DNA of 40,732 nt from a virus. Taxonomy: Duplodnaviria > Heunggongvirae > Uroviricota > Caudoviricetes. The first letter of the stretch is position 1; every line of letters starts with the position of its first letter. A model generated the notes under the pieces. It had not been told where the DNA came from. It did no database searches and was given only the letters and a program-made list of their open reading frames with translations. A program made the position numbers and the translations under genes. Shown here piece by piece: positions 10,231 to 19,176 of the stretch. The stretch spans positions 1 through 40,732 of IMG/VR virus record IMGVR_UViG_2859827302_000005, one strand, 5' to 3'.

Positions 10231-10871
10231 TTGTCGGTGTACCTCTCTCGTTTGCTCAGTTGTTCAGGAATATGGTGCAGCAGCTCGCCGTCACCACAGT
10301 AAATGGCGGCATGATTCGGCACCGATGAACCAAAACAGCACAGCAGCACATCGCCCGGCTGCGCCGCTGACAACGGCACCTGATACAGCCCTGTGGCCTC
10401 CAGATTATCCAGATAGAGATTCTGACCGTGACGCCACCAGTCATCCCCGCGATGAAAATCCGGCATCTCAATCCCCGCCAGATGATAAGCATCCCGGAAC
10501 AGCGTGTAACAGTCCGTCACCCCGTGCTCAAAGCGCCGCCCGGTGAGATGCGGCACACAGCGGAACTTGTGAATCGCCCCCCGGCAGACCAGCCACCACG
10601 GCAAATCACTCTGCACCTGCAGCCGCCGGTCAGCCTCACTCAGCCAGGGCAGACCACCGGGATGACTGTGGACCAGTGCCACAATCTCACCCTGCATCTC
10701 TGCCTGCAGCCAGTCCTCCGGAGCCATCCGGAAATAATCCTCCGGCTCACCGGAAATATTCACGCAGGGAAAATATCTTTCCCCCTCCGGCGCTCTCACC
10801 ACGAAGCCGCACGACTCCGCTGGCGCACATCGCCGGGCGTGCGCCAGAATCGCTGATTCTGTCTCTGTCAT
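10128..10871 (-). CDS. K: tail assembly protein K (NlpC/P60 and JAB/MPN-like)
   Basis: Strong match to lambda K (MTETESAILAHARRCAPAESCGFVV...). Start taken at the internal ATG at 10871. Confidence 0.85.
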   Translation of the reverse strand: MTETESAILAHARRCAPAESCGFVVRAPEGERYFPCVNISGEPEDYFRMAPEDWLQAEMQGEIVALVHSHPGGLPWLSEADRRLQVQSDLPWWLVCRGAIHKFRCVPHLTGRRFEHGVTDCYTLFRDAYHLAGIEMPDFHRGDDWWRHGQNLYLDNLEATGLYQVPLSAAQPGDVLLCCFGSSVPNHAAIYCGDGELLHHIPEQLSKRERYTDKWQRRTHSLWRHQAWHASAFTGIYNDLVAASTFV

Positions 10872-10875
10872 GGGA

Positions 10876-11574
10876 TTACTGCGAAAGTTTGTTAATGGAA
10901 AGGAAGCCGCCAAAGTTGCCGACGTTATTGCGAAACTTACAGCCGCTCAGGCATTTGCTGCATTTATCCTTCGTGATATCGGACGTCGGCTGGTCATATT
11001 CATCCGCGACTGCCGGACCGTGATAACCGCACTCATCACCGCGATAGGTCCAGGTGCAGGTGTTGGCCAGCATGATACGTCCCGGAAAAACAGCGCCATC
11101 CGTTTCCGTCGGCGTGGACAGTACAAAGGAGGCACTCACCGCGCTCAGTTCGCTGCACTGCTCGATGCGCCAGCGGCTGATCACCTCCTGCTCCGGATCG
11201 GCGTCACTGTTTCCGTTGACGAAGTTCACCGCATCCAGAAAACGGGCGTAAACCTTACGCCGGACCACCGTTCCGCCGACCAGACTCTGCATATCTTCCA
11301 CCATACCGGTGACCATACCGTACAGGTTAGAAACCGTCAGCGTGGGGCGCGTACTGGTGCCTTTGCCATTCAGTTCAAAACCACTCCCCTGAATGGGATA
11401 CGGCTGATACTGTCGCCCCTGCCAGGTGACCGGCTCACCTTTTTCGTTCTGCTCATTACAGAAAAAATAACGTTCTCCACCGACCTCTGTCAGATCGATT
11501 TCCCAGAGCACCACGCTGGCCGACTGCTCCGCACGGGTGCATTCATTCAGTGTTTCCTGCCGGATATCCTGCAT
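10876..11574 (-). CDS. L: minor tail protein L
   Basis: 232 aa, lambda L-like (MQDIRQETLNECTRAEQSASVVLWEIDL...). Confidence 0.9.
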   Translation of the reverse strand: MQDIRQETLNECTRAEQSASVVLWEIDLTEVGGERYFFCNEQNEKGEPVTWQGRQYQPYPIQGSGFELNGKGTSTRPTLTVSNLYGMVTGMVEDMQSLVGGTVVRRKVYARFLDAVNFVNGNSDADPEQEVISRWRIEQCSELSAVSASFVLSTPTETDGAVFPGRIMLANTCTWTYRGDECGYHGPAVADEYDQPTSDITKDKCSKCLSGCKFRNNVGNFGGFLSINKLSQ

Positions 11575-11903
11575 CAGTTCACCACCTGTTCAAACTCTGC
11601 GCTGAACTCAACACGCAGCATACTGACCCGCGACGACCATTTTGCGCAGGTCACCTTTATCTGCCGCCACTCATAAGGCGGCGTCCACAGAAAGGATTTC
11701 CAGCCCCCGTGCTCAGCCAGAAACGACTCAAGCGCCGTGGCCTCCCAACGGGGAACAGAAAGCGTCACGCTGTACGTTTTCAGGTCGGCATTCAGCCCGG
11801 CAGGCGCTCGCTGGGAATAGCCATCACCAAAGCGCACTTTCCTGACGGAAGGGGCTGAAGCCACATCCATACCGGGTTTCACTTTCCAGCGGAAGGTCTT
11901 CAT
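11574..11903 (-). CDS. M: minor tail protein M
   Basis: 109 aa, lambda M-like. Confidence 0.9.
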   Translation of the reverse strand: MKTFRWKVKPGMDVASAPSVRKVRFGDGYSQRAPAGLNADLKTYSVTLSVPRWEATALESFLAEHGGWKSFLWTPPYEWRQIKVTCAKWSSRVSMLRVEFSAEFEQVVN

Positions 11904-14473
11904 CGTCCACCTCCGGAGAACAGACCACCATCGCGCATCTGTGCCTGAATTTCATCACGGGCACCCTTGCGGGCCATGTCATACACTGCCTTCAGCATCT
12001 GTGGACCTGGCAGACCATTCGTACCGTCGTTCTGAATCACCACGTTGTTGTTCTGCTCAAATCTGATACCCTCTGAACGCCGCATTTGCGCCGGACTTCC
12101 GGTGCCACCGACATAACCGCCGGTGGCATAGCCGCGCATCAGCCGGTAAAGATTTCCCACGCCAATCCGGCTGGTCGCCTCCTTCGTGAAGACAAACTCC
12201 CCGCGATGAACAATCCCCGCAGGTTCATATTTACCCCCCGTCCCCGTAAATCCCCCGGTCGCGAAATGGAAGTTCGCCGCCGCAGCCTGAATGGCTGTAC
12301 CGCCTGACGCGGATGCGCCGCCACCAACAGCCCCGCCAATGGCGCTGCCGATACTCCCGACTATCCCCACCATCGCCTGCTTCAGAAAAATCTCTGTCAG
12401 CATGGACAGCACAGAACGGGTGAAACCACGCCAGTTCTGTTCGCTGCCGGTCAGCATCGCTGCCATATTCTGTACAATACCGTCAAAGGTCTGCGTGGCC
12501 GCGTTTTTAACCTGCGAAAAACTGTCCGTCGCACTTTCCGCCCACTCGCCCCAGCCGGACTTCATCCCGGCCATCCAGCTTCCACGAAGCTGCTCCTCCG
12601 CAGACCAGGTGTTCTTCAGTGCAGATGTGGCCTTCGCCAGCGCAGCCGGATTATCACCGTACACCTCACGAAGGCGCTGCTCTTCCGACTCCCGCTGCGC
12701 CTGACGGTCGGTGAGTCCGCGTGCTTTTGCGCTGATTGCCGCCTGCTTCGCGCTCTGCTGCTGTTCAAACCGCGCCGCCTGCTGTGCCAGCTCATTCAGC
12801 CGTTTCTGGTGTTCAATCTTGTCGCCCAGCTCAGCCAGCTGGCGTTTGTACTCCAGCGTTTCTTTCTCATGGGCCAGCAGGGATTTTTCCTGCTCAGATA
12901 ACTGCCGTTTCGTGGCGGCCTCTTTCAGGACCACATACTGATTTTCCGCTTCCCATAAATCCCGGCGCTGCTGGCTGATTTTCTCATTCACACCGCTGTG
13001 TTTTTCCAGCGTCCTGAGCTCGGTTTCAAGCGCCAGCATGGCTGCATGCGCCCGGTCTTCCTGGCGCTCACCGGCAGACACCTTCACACCTGACGGCTTT
13101 TTCAGCGTCGATTCATAATCCTTTTTTGCCGACGCCATCAGCGTGTTGTAATCCGCCTGCAGGATTTTTCCGTCTTTCAGGGCCTTATTCAGCTCTTTCT
13201 GACGGGCGGTATATTTATCCAGCGGCGTCTGCAGGCGCTCATACGCCTTCTGCGCCTCTCCGGTATACTTCAGCTGTGACGCCTCACGCTCAGCCCGGTC
13301 CCTTGCCGCCAGTTCACCGGCTTTTTCCATATCCGACTGCAGCGTGGCCGCTGCCAGACCCAGACGGGCATTTTCCCGGTCATCCCATGCCCCCTGAAGG
13401 TTCGCACGAAAAGAGGAGGTCTTTCCCCGGCGCTGGCTCCGGCTCTGGTACCACTGCCATTTTTTATCCGCCTCATCAAATGCCTTCTGCGCACTGGCGA
13501 GCATATCCGCTGAGGATTCAGGACGACCGATATCCAGAATGGCATCCCACATCGATTTGAATGCCTTCCCTGTTTTATCCGCCCAGGTCTCCAGTGTTCC
13601 CATGTTTTCTTTCAGGCGACGGGTCTGCTCATCAAAGCCTTTCGTGGCGATATCGTTCGCCGCCTGCAATGCCCCGGCCTCGTCTCCGGAACGCTGCAGC
13701 TGTGCAACATACGCAATCTGCTCTGCCGTCACGTTACGGAACTGGCGCGCCATCGCCATCAGTCCCGACGTCGGGTCAGTGGTCAGCTTCCCGAAGGCTT
13801 CAGCGACTTTATCCACCTCCACACCGGATGCAGACGCAAAACGCGCGACACTCTGGTTGATGGCATCAAACTGTTCACCACCACGCACACCGGCATTCAC
13901 CAGGGCTGCCAGTGACTCTCTCGCCTGGTTAAACGTCAGCCCTGCTGCCTGCCCGGCTCTTGAGAGAGTCAGCATACGATCGGCAGTCAGTCCGGACTGA
14001 TTACCGGAAAGAACCAGGGTTTTATTAAACGCTGAAAGCGTGGAATCTCCCTGGTACCAGGCGTACACCAGCGCACCTGTCGCCACCGCCAGCGAGGTGA
14101 CTCCGACCATCGGCAGGGTGATCGCACCGGCGAGCCCCCTGAACATGGGGATCATCCCGCCGAAGGAGTCCTTCACCTGACCGCCCTGTTGCAGCAGGAT
14201 CAGCCAGGGATTCTGACCACCGGCAAGCTGCGTGGCGATATCCGTAAACTGTGCGGGCAGGGTTCGCATGGCCGCTTTATACTGCCCGACGGAAATCCCG
14301 GCTTTTTGTGCAGCCAGCGCCTGGCGGCTCAGGCCCTGTTCAACAGCACTGGCGGTTTTTCTGGCGTCGGTATCCATACCTGAAAAATGACGCCTTACCC
14401 GGCTCATCTGCTCATCGAAACGGACAGCATCCAGACTCAGGTCAATAACAAGATCACCAACCGGCTGGGACAT
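11900..14473 (-). CDS. H: tail tape measure protein H
   Basis: 857 aa, lambda H-like, with coiled-coil middle and Gly-rich C-terminus. Confidence 0.9.
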   Translation of the reverse strand: MSQPVGDLVIDLSLDAVRFDEQMSRVRRHFSGMDTDARKTASAVEQGLSRQALAAQKAGISVGQYKAAMRTLPAQFTDIATQLAGGQNPWLILLQQGGQVKDSFGGMIPMFRGLAGAITLPMVGVTSLAVATGALVYAWYQGDSTLSAFNKTLVLSGNQSGLTADRMLTLSRAGQAAGLTFNQARESLAALVNAGVRGGEQFDAINQSVARFASASGVEVDKVAEAFGKLTTDPTSGLMAMARQFRNVTAEQIAYVAQLQRSGDEAGALQAANDIATKGFDEQTRRLKENMGTLETWADKTGKAFKSMWDAILDIGRPESSADMLASAQKAFDEADKKWQWYQSRSQRRGKTSSFRANLQGAWDDRENARLGLAAATLQSDMEKAGELAARDRAEREASQLKYTGEAQKAYERLQTPLDKYTARQKELNKALKDGKILQADYNTLMASAKKDYESTLKKPSGVKVSAGERQEDRAHAAMLALETELRTLEKHSGVNEKISQQRRDLWEAENQYVVLKEAATKRQLSEQEKSLLAHEKETLEYKRQLAELGDKIEHQKRLNELAQQAARFEQQQSAKQAAISAKARGLTDRQAQRESEEQRLREVYGDNPAALAKATSALKNTWSAEEQLRGSWMAGMKSGWGEWAESATDSFSQVKNAATQTFDGIVQNMAAMLTGSEQNWRGFTRSVLSMLTEIFLKQAMVGIVGSIGSAIGGAVGGGASASGGTAIQAAAANFHFATGGFTGTGGKYEPAGIVHRGEFVFTKEATSRIGVGNLYRLMRGYATGGYVGGTGSPAQMRRSEGIRFEQNNNVVIQNDGTNGLPGPQMLKAVYDMARKGARDEIQAQMRDGGLFSGGGR

Positions 14474-14867
14474 ATCTCACACCTCCCGGAATCCCCGCTG
14501 AAGCCATCATTAATGCGGCATCATCCACCATGACATCCGCCACATCCGCAGACGATAAAATATCGCGCCCTCCGTCCCCACCGAACCGGACGCCTCCGGC
14601 AAGTCCTGCCGCTTTCTGCATCAGCATTTTGTCCTCATCCGGCCTCTCCACCTGCTCTTCCTCATGCCGGGGGACAAGCAGACTGAAATCAGAGGGATGC
14701 ATATCCGGATCGCAAAAAAACAGGCTGAGTACAGCGTACGTCAGCCCGGAAAAATGCATATCCAGCTGGGTATCCTGAAAATAATGCGTGCGGTAAAAAC
14801 GGTGCCAGTCGGCATATTCGGTGGATGTCATCCCGGCAAGCATGGCGCGCCAGTCGGGTCTCCCCAT
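14454..14867 (-). CDS. T: tail assembly protein T (T portion of the G-T fusion)
   Basis: The -1 frame downstream of the G slippery site encodes ...GKVFDGELNFALRLAREMGRPDWRAMLAG... Confidence 0.8.
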   Translation of the reverse strand: MGRPDWRAMLAGMTSTEYADWHRFYRTHYFQDTQLDMHFSGLTYAVLSLFFCDPDMHPSDFSLLVPRHEEEQVERPDEDKMLMQKAAGLAGGVRFGGDGGRDILSSADVADVMVDDAALMMASAGIPGGVRYVPAGW

Positions 14868-14893
14868 CTCACGCGCCAGTCTGAGGGCAAAGT

Positions 14894-15325
14894 TCAGCTC
14901 GCCGTCGAAGACTTTCCCGCAGAAAAATCATCATCAGTCAGCGTGTTATTTTTCGCCACTTCAGTAATATCAGTATCCGGACGAACAGCTTCGATCATCC
15001 CGGACAGGCACAACACCACGTCTTCCGCCCGGGCAATGGCATCGGCAGGCCAGGTGGTGAGCACTTCCTGCTCTATCTTCATCACGGCCTCATTCATTGA
15101 CGGTGACTGCGTTTTCTGTGGATGGTTATGCCACAGGGACATCGCCACCAGAAACGCGCCGGTTCTGACGAGATCTTCCACGCTTACCTGCAGGTTGCCG
15201 CAGGATTCTGCCTGTTCTGCACGCCGTTTCAGGAGGGCAAGATGCTCGATACGCTGCAGCGCAGACAATTCGGAAAGCGTGACAGACACACCGTTATATT
15301 CAAATTGTTCTGTTTTCAGAAACAT
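14894..15325 (-). CDS. G: tail assembly chaperone G
   Basis: 143 aa, lambda G-like (MFLKTEQFEYNGVSVTLSELSALQRIEHLAL...). Confidence 0.9.
   Translation of the reverse strand: MFLKTEQFEYNGVSVTLSELSALQRIEHLALLKRRAEQAESCGNLQVSVEDLVRTGAFLVAMSLWHNHPQKTQSPSMNEAVMKIEQEVLTTWPADAIARAEDVVLCLSGMIEAVRPDTDITEVAKNNTLTDDDFSAGKSSTAS
14912..14918 (-). other. programmed -1 ribosomal frameshift slippery heptamer G GGA AAG (G to G-T)
   Basis: Plus-strand ctttccc is gggaaag on the minus strand, in the X XXY YYZ frame near the G C-terminus (…DDDFSAGKSSTAS). Confidence 0.7.
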
Positions 15326-15338
15326 GTATTACCTCCGT

Positions 15339-15944
15339 TTACCCTGCAGCGCCCGCTTCAGTAACGGTGACTTCAGCCACTGCGGCGAACTGACCATTTC
15401 CGCTCACCACAGGGATCTGCACCTTACCTGTCGCCACGCCGTTTACCGTAATTGTCATATCTTTCACACTAATGGTGGCTTTCGACGGATCGGCGGAAAC
15501 CGCTCTGAACGTCTTGTCGGTTGCACTTTCCGGCTCAAAAGAAACCGTCAGGGTGGTTGTTTTCCCTTTTGCCACCGTACCGGATGTCGGCGTCATCTTA
15601 ATCGCACTGACCGGCGTAATTTTGCTGCGTTCTTCCGCTACAGAAGGTTTACCCACGTTAGTGACTTTCACCGTGCGGGTGATCACTTCTTTCGCCGTCA
15701 CGGCCTTACCGATACTGCTGACCCAGCCACGAAACACATCCACCGTGCCATTCGGAAAACGGATTTTATAGGCCCGGACATCGCCGCTTTCAAACCAGCC
15801 TATAAGCCCTTTCTGGCCTTCCTCTCCCGGTTTCCAGGCCAGCGTAAAACTGGTATCACCTGCAGATTTCTGCCCCTGCCCGGTCGCGGTCCAGTCCGCG
15901 TCTTCATCATCCAGGTAGTTATCATCGTAGGATTCTGCCGTCAT
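15339..15944 (-). CDS. V: major tail tube protein V, N-terminally shortened relative to lambda V
   Basis: 201 aa, aligning with lambda V from about residue 51 (TAESYDD...). The ATG lies 7 nt after the U stop, with an in-frame TGA 11 codons upstream. Confidence 0.8.
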   Translation of the reverse strand: MTAESYDDNYLDDEDADWTATGQGQKSAGDTSFTLAWKPGEEGQKGLIGWFESGDVRAYKIRFPNGTVDVFRGWVSSIGKAVTAKEVITRTVKVTNVGKPSVAEERSKITPVSAIKMTPTSGTVAKGKTTTLTVSFEPESATDKTFRAVSADPSKATISVKDMTITVNGVATGKVQIPVVSGNGQFAAVAEVTVTEAGAAG

Positions 15945-15951
15945 CTCGCCC

Positions 15952-16347
15952 TCACATCTCGTATGTAATGGAATAAGTCAGATCTGCAGAACTCCATAAC
16001 GCCATATCGTCATCACGACGATACTCATAGCCCTGCGTAACCATCGTGGTAATCAGTCCTGCCAGTGCCGGGATCGCGGTCATCGCCGGGTAAATCCGGC
16101 TTTCCATCCACTGTTCAAGCTCTGAATCCGGTACCTGTGCCGGTAAAAACACCTCAATATGCAGCGTGGCCCGCCAGGTATCTGCATCCAGCTCTTCACC
16201 GGTATACTCTGCATCCGTCAGATAAACCGCGATCGCAGGAAAATCCTCTTCGTCAAAAACAACGGGGCGACCATCAAACAGCGTCGCCCCGTGTTCATGC
16301 TGCTCGAGTGCATCCAGCACTGCGGCACGAATGTCAGTGTGTTTCAT
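15952..16347 (-). CDS. U: tail terminator protein U
   Basis: 131 aa, lambda U-like, ending ...LTYSITYEM. Confidence 0.9.
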   Translation of the reverse strand: MKHTDIRAAVLDALEQHEHGATLFDGRPVVFDEEDFPAIAVYLTDAEYTGEELDADTWRATLHIEVFLPAQVPDSELEQWMESRIYPAMTAIPALAGLITTMVTQGYEYRRDDDMALWSSADLTYSITYEM

Positions 16348-16877
16348 CGTTTTATTGCAATCCTCAGTTGTTGTTTCAGCGCGTATGCCAGTTCTTTAGG
16401 CAGGCGTTCACGCCGGATACGGTCAACATTCTCATCAAATGCCTGTTTCAGTGGGGCCGCCATCGGGATTTTCACCACATCAATGGGGTAACGGTTTTTC
16501 CCGGCCACACGCTGCATGACATGCCAGCGACCATTTTTTAATCGCTGAATAAATGCCCGCTGATACCGATGCTGACCGGCTTTAAGTATGCTGTTCGGGC
16601 GACGCCCCAGCATCCTGATCCCCAGCTTAATCACAGGGAGATCACCGCGGTTAACGATAATTCTGGCATTCGGATTTCTGACCGTCGCCCGTTTCAGTCT
16701 GGACCGTTCCTTAACCAGTTTCCGGCGAACCTTTGTCTCCCGGGCAACCTGTGATGAAGACTGATTAATCGCCGTTGTGGCCACGCGGTTAATGGCCATT
16801 GCTGAAGCCGCCGGAATGGCGTTTTTACGAACCCGGCTCAGATTGTCAATCGCCTGATCAAGCCCTTTTATCGCCAT
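16344..16877 (-). CDS. Z: tail completion protein Z
   Basis: 177 aa, lambda Z-like (MAIKGLDQAIDNLSRV...). Confidence 0.9.
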   Translation of the reverse strand: MAIKGLDQAIDNLSRVRKNAIPAASAMAINRVATTAINQSSSQVARETKVRRKLVKERSRLKRATVRNPNARIIVNRGDLPVIKLGIRMLGRRPNSILKAGQHRYQRAFIQRLKNGRWHVMQRVAGKNRYPIDVVKIPMAAPLKQAFDENVDRIRRERLPKELAYALKQQLRIAIKR

Positions 16878-16892
16878 AATTTCACCCTGCGT

Positions 16893-17246
16893 TTATCGTC
16901 GCCGGTTAACTGCGGGTAGTTGACCACGGTTGAGCCAGAGATAACAGCTGCCCCCGTCATCCGGAGAAATACGATCCACCCAGAACATCTCGCCGTTAAT
17001 GGTCAGCGTGTCACCACGCCGCACGGCACGCACCGTATCCGTCCGCACAAATAATGACGGGCTGCTTCCTTCAATACGGACCCCGCCACCGGCAAAACCC
17101 AGCGACTCCGGATCGTCAAAAACCCCCTGAACTTCGCTTCCACGCTGTGCTCCCGAGGTGAACTGCGCACAGAGCCCCATCACTTCAACAATCGTGCTGT
17201 CCACCCCGGCAAGGGCAGCATCAAAGGCATTCTGAAAATCACGCAT
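16893..17246 (-). CDS. FII: head-tail joining protein FII
   Basis: 117 aa, lambda FII-like (…GDTLTINGEMFWVDRISPDDGGSCYLWL…). Confidence 0.85.
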   Translation of the reverse strand: MRDFQNAFDAALAGVDSTIVEVMGLCAQFTSGAQRGSEVQGVFDDPESLGFAGGGVRIEGSSPSLFVRTDTVRAVRRGDTLTINGEMFWVDRISPDDGGSCYLWLNRGQLPAVNRRR

Positions 17247-17622
17247 GCTCAGCCGTTCCGTGCTGTATCATGGCTGTCGCCAGTGGTGATGGCACCATAA
17301 CACGCATGCCCCGGTACGTCAGTTCAACGGGACGGCCTGTCTCCGGGCAATACCCCATCACATGCAGGCATTTCCGCACACGGACCGCTTTAACATCATC
17401 CGTAGCATCCGTGTTGTTCAACTGCTCACCATCGTCTGTGTGATTTTGATCAGCCCCGCTCTCATCAGAGTGCATAATGCCCTCCGGGGAAACAGCAAAC
17501 TCCTCTTCCCACTCAGACACACGTTGAGCAATATCCGCAGCACTCCCCGACATATCCGCCTCGCGCCCCAGCAGGCCAGCCAGTTGACGAAGACGATTCA
17601 GATTTTCTTCTTTTGTTGCCAT
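17239..17622 (-). CDS. FI-position protein (putative DNA packaging protein; positional analog of lambda FI)
   Basis: 127 aa acidic protein between E and FII. Sequence does not match my recollection of lambda FI, so the call is by position only. Confidence 0.5.
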   Translation of the reverse strand: MATKEENLNRLRQLAGLLGREADMSGSAADIAQRVSEWEEEFAVSPEGIMHSDESGADQNHTDDGEQLNNTDATDDVKAVRVRKCLHVMGYCPETGRPVELTYRGMRVMVPSPLATAMIQHGTAEHA

Positions 17623-17672
17623 CTCAGCCTCCTGTGAAAAAAGACACGGGGCATTTCGCCCCCGCTCACGGA

Positions 17673-18701
17673 TTATTTCACCTGTACCACCACAAACTCA
17701 TCCGGATCCGGCAGCACCATCAGCGGTGCGGACTGCGTCATGGTGAATTCACGGGCCGGATCGCCCACAGTCAGCCAGTGTTTCGGATAACGGGAAGAGG
17801 CCACCACACCTTCGGACAACGCCTGCGCATCCTGAATGGCACCATAGCAACGAATGCCCTCTGCTGCCGTATTCCCCAGGACCAGTGTGCCCTCCGGCAG
17901 ATAACGTTTTTCGGTACCGTCCTCTGCCACATAAGACGTTTTCGCCACCACAATGGCCAGATCGCCGTAATACCCCTTGAAGGACACCACCGCCCCCAGG
18001 TCTTTCACTGCCGTTTCGAGTTGTGAATTTGAGCCGCGACGGGTATCCAGTTTTTCGCGGAACAGCTTAAAGCCATTCAGCAGACGCCAGACCGTACCGT
18101 CCATAATGGCGATATTCACAAGGCCGCTGGCCTGATCGCAGTAGAGGTCAATATCATGCGTCGGATCAAACGTATCACGGTCCTGCTCAGACCATTTTTT
18201 ACCGTCAGCCAGCTCAATGTTATTTCCTTCAGAGCGCCCGAAATCCACCTCGACAGTATCAAACTGATCCCCTTCCATGGTGTATTTGCCATACAGCACG
18301 GCATTCACCGCCTGCATTTCTTCCACCTGGACAATGGCGTGCTCTTCCTGTTTGAGGTTATCGGTAATGATACGCAGACGACGGTAGGCCGGGTCGTTCA
18401 GCTGAGCCGGATCTTCACCAGGAAGGCGCTCAACCGCCTGCTGGTAATTAAATTCGTGTTTGGGCTTGACGTAGCCCGGACGTAACACGCGGGTTTCACC
18501 ACCGCGATGGCGAAGCACTTTTCCTTCAACGATCGGGGAGACATAGGCCGCCACCGGCGTTTTTCCGGTAATTTTGTCCAGCATCACCTCTTCGGTGTGG
18601 AAATTCACCGTACGGCGGAAAAACAGCTCCAGAAACAGCGCACGGAATTTAACTTTTTGTTCGGTATAACCGAGTAACTGGCGGGTCGTAAACAATCCCA
18701 T
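17673..18701 (-). CDS. E: major capsid protein E
   Basis: 342 aa, lambda E-like (…YVSPIVEGKVLRHRGGETRVLRPGYVKPKHE…). Confidence 0.9.
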   Translation of the reverse strand: MGLFTTRQLLGYTEQKVKFRALFLELFFRRTVNFHTEEVMLDKITGKTPVAAYVSPIVEGKVLRHRGGETRVLRPGYVKPKHEFNYQQAVERLPGEDPAQLNDPAYRRLRIITDNLKQEEHAIVQVEEMQAVNAVLYGKYTMEGDQFDTVEVDFGRSEGNNIELADGKKWSEQDRDTFDPTHDIDLYCDQASGLVNIAIMDGTVWRLLNGFKLFREKLDTRRGSNSQLETAVKDLGAVVSFKGYYGDLAIVVAKTSYVAEDGTEKRYLPEGTLVLGNTAAEGIRCYGAIQDAQALSEGVVASSRYPKHWLTVGDPAREFTMTQSAPLMVLPDPDEFVVVQVK

Positions 18702-18758
18702 AAATCAGTTCCTTTCATTAAGAAATCAGTCAGGCCAACGCGGTGGCCTGATAACGTG

Positions 18759-19106
18759 TTACGGCAGCGCCGCGTGACTCAGGGCGGTGCCGGCAAAGGC
18801 ATTTGCCTTTTTGTGTTCATCCACACTGTCAGGCCAGCGGATTGCCTCCGTCGCAAAGGTCCCCGACTTGTAATACGTCAGCACCGCCTCTGTGCCTTCA
18901 AGCGGCAGTACCAGTATGCCAACCGCACTACCGGCTTTCTGTCCGTCCCAGACCACCAGTTTCCCGGTGGCCCCATCCAGCATCAGGGGTGTCAGTGCCG
19001 GTGTTGCCGAGGAAATCCCGCTGCTGCCTGTGGCGGTGTGAGCCGGATCATTACCGGCAAAAATACGTACTTCCGCACGCTGTTCAGTGATGGTTTTCTT
19101 CACCAT
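18759..19106 (-). CDS. D: head decoration protein D
   Basis: 115 aa, lambda D-like (…DPAHTATGSSGISSATPALTPLMLD…). Confidence 0.9.
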   Translation of the reverse strand: MVKKTITEQRAEVRIFAGNDPAHTATGSSGISSATPALTPLMLDGATGKLVVWDGQKAGSAVGILVLPLEGTEAVLTYYKSGTFATEAIRWPDSVDEHKKANAFAGTALSHAALP

Positions 19107-19176
19107 ATTGTTAAAACCTCGTATTGATGTTCAGCACTGACTTCATGGCATGGCCATGAGCATTTTCACGTCCGCA

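Noticed and set aside
14664-15968. 434-aa plus-strand ORF
   Set aside because: Antisense to G, T and V. No ribosome-binding site and Cys/Arg-rich artefactual composition.
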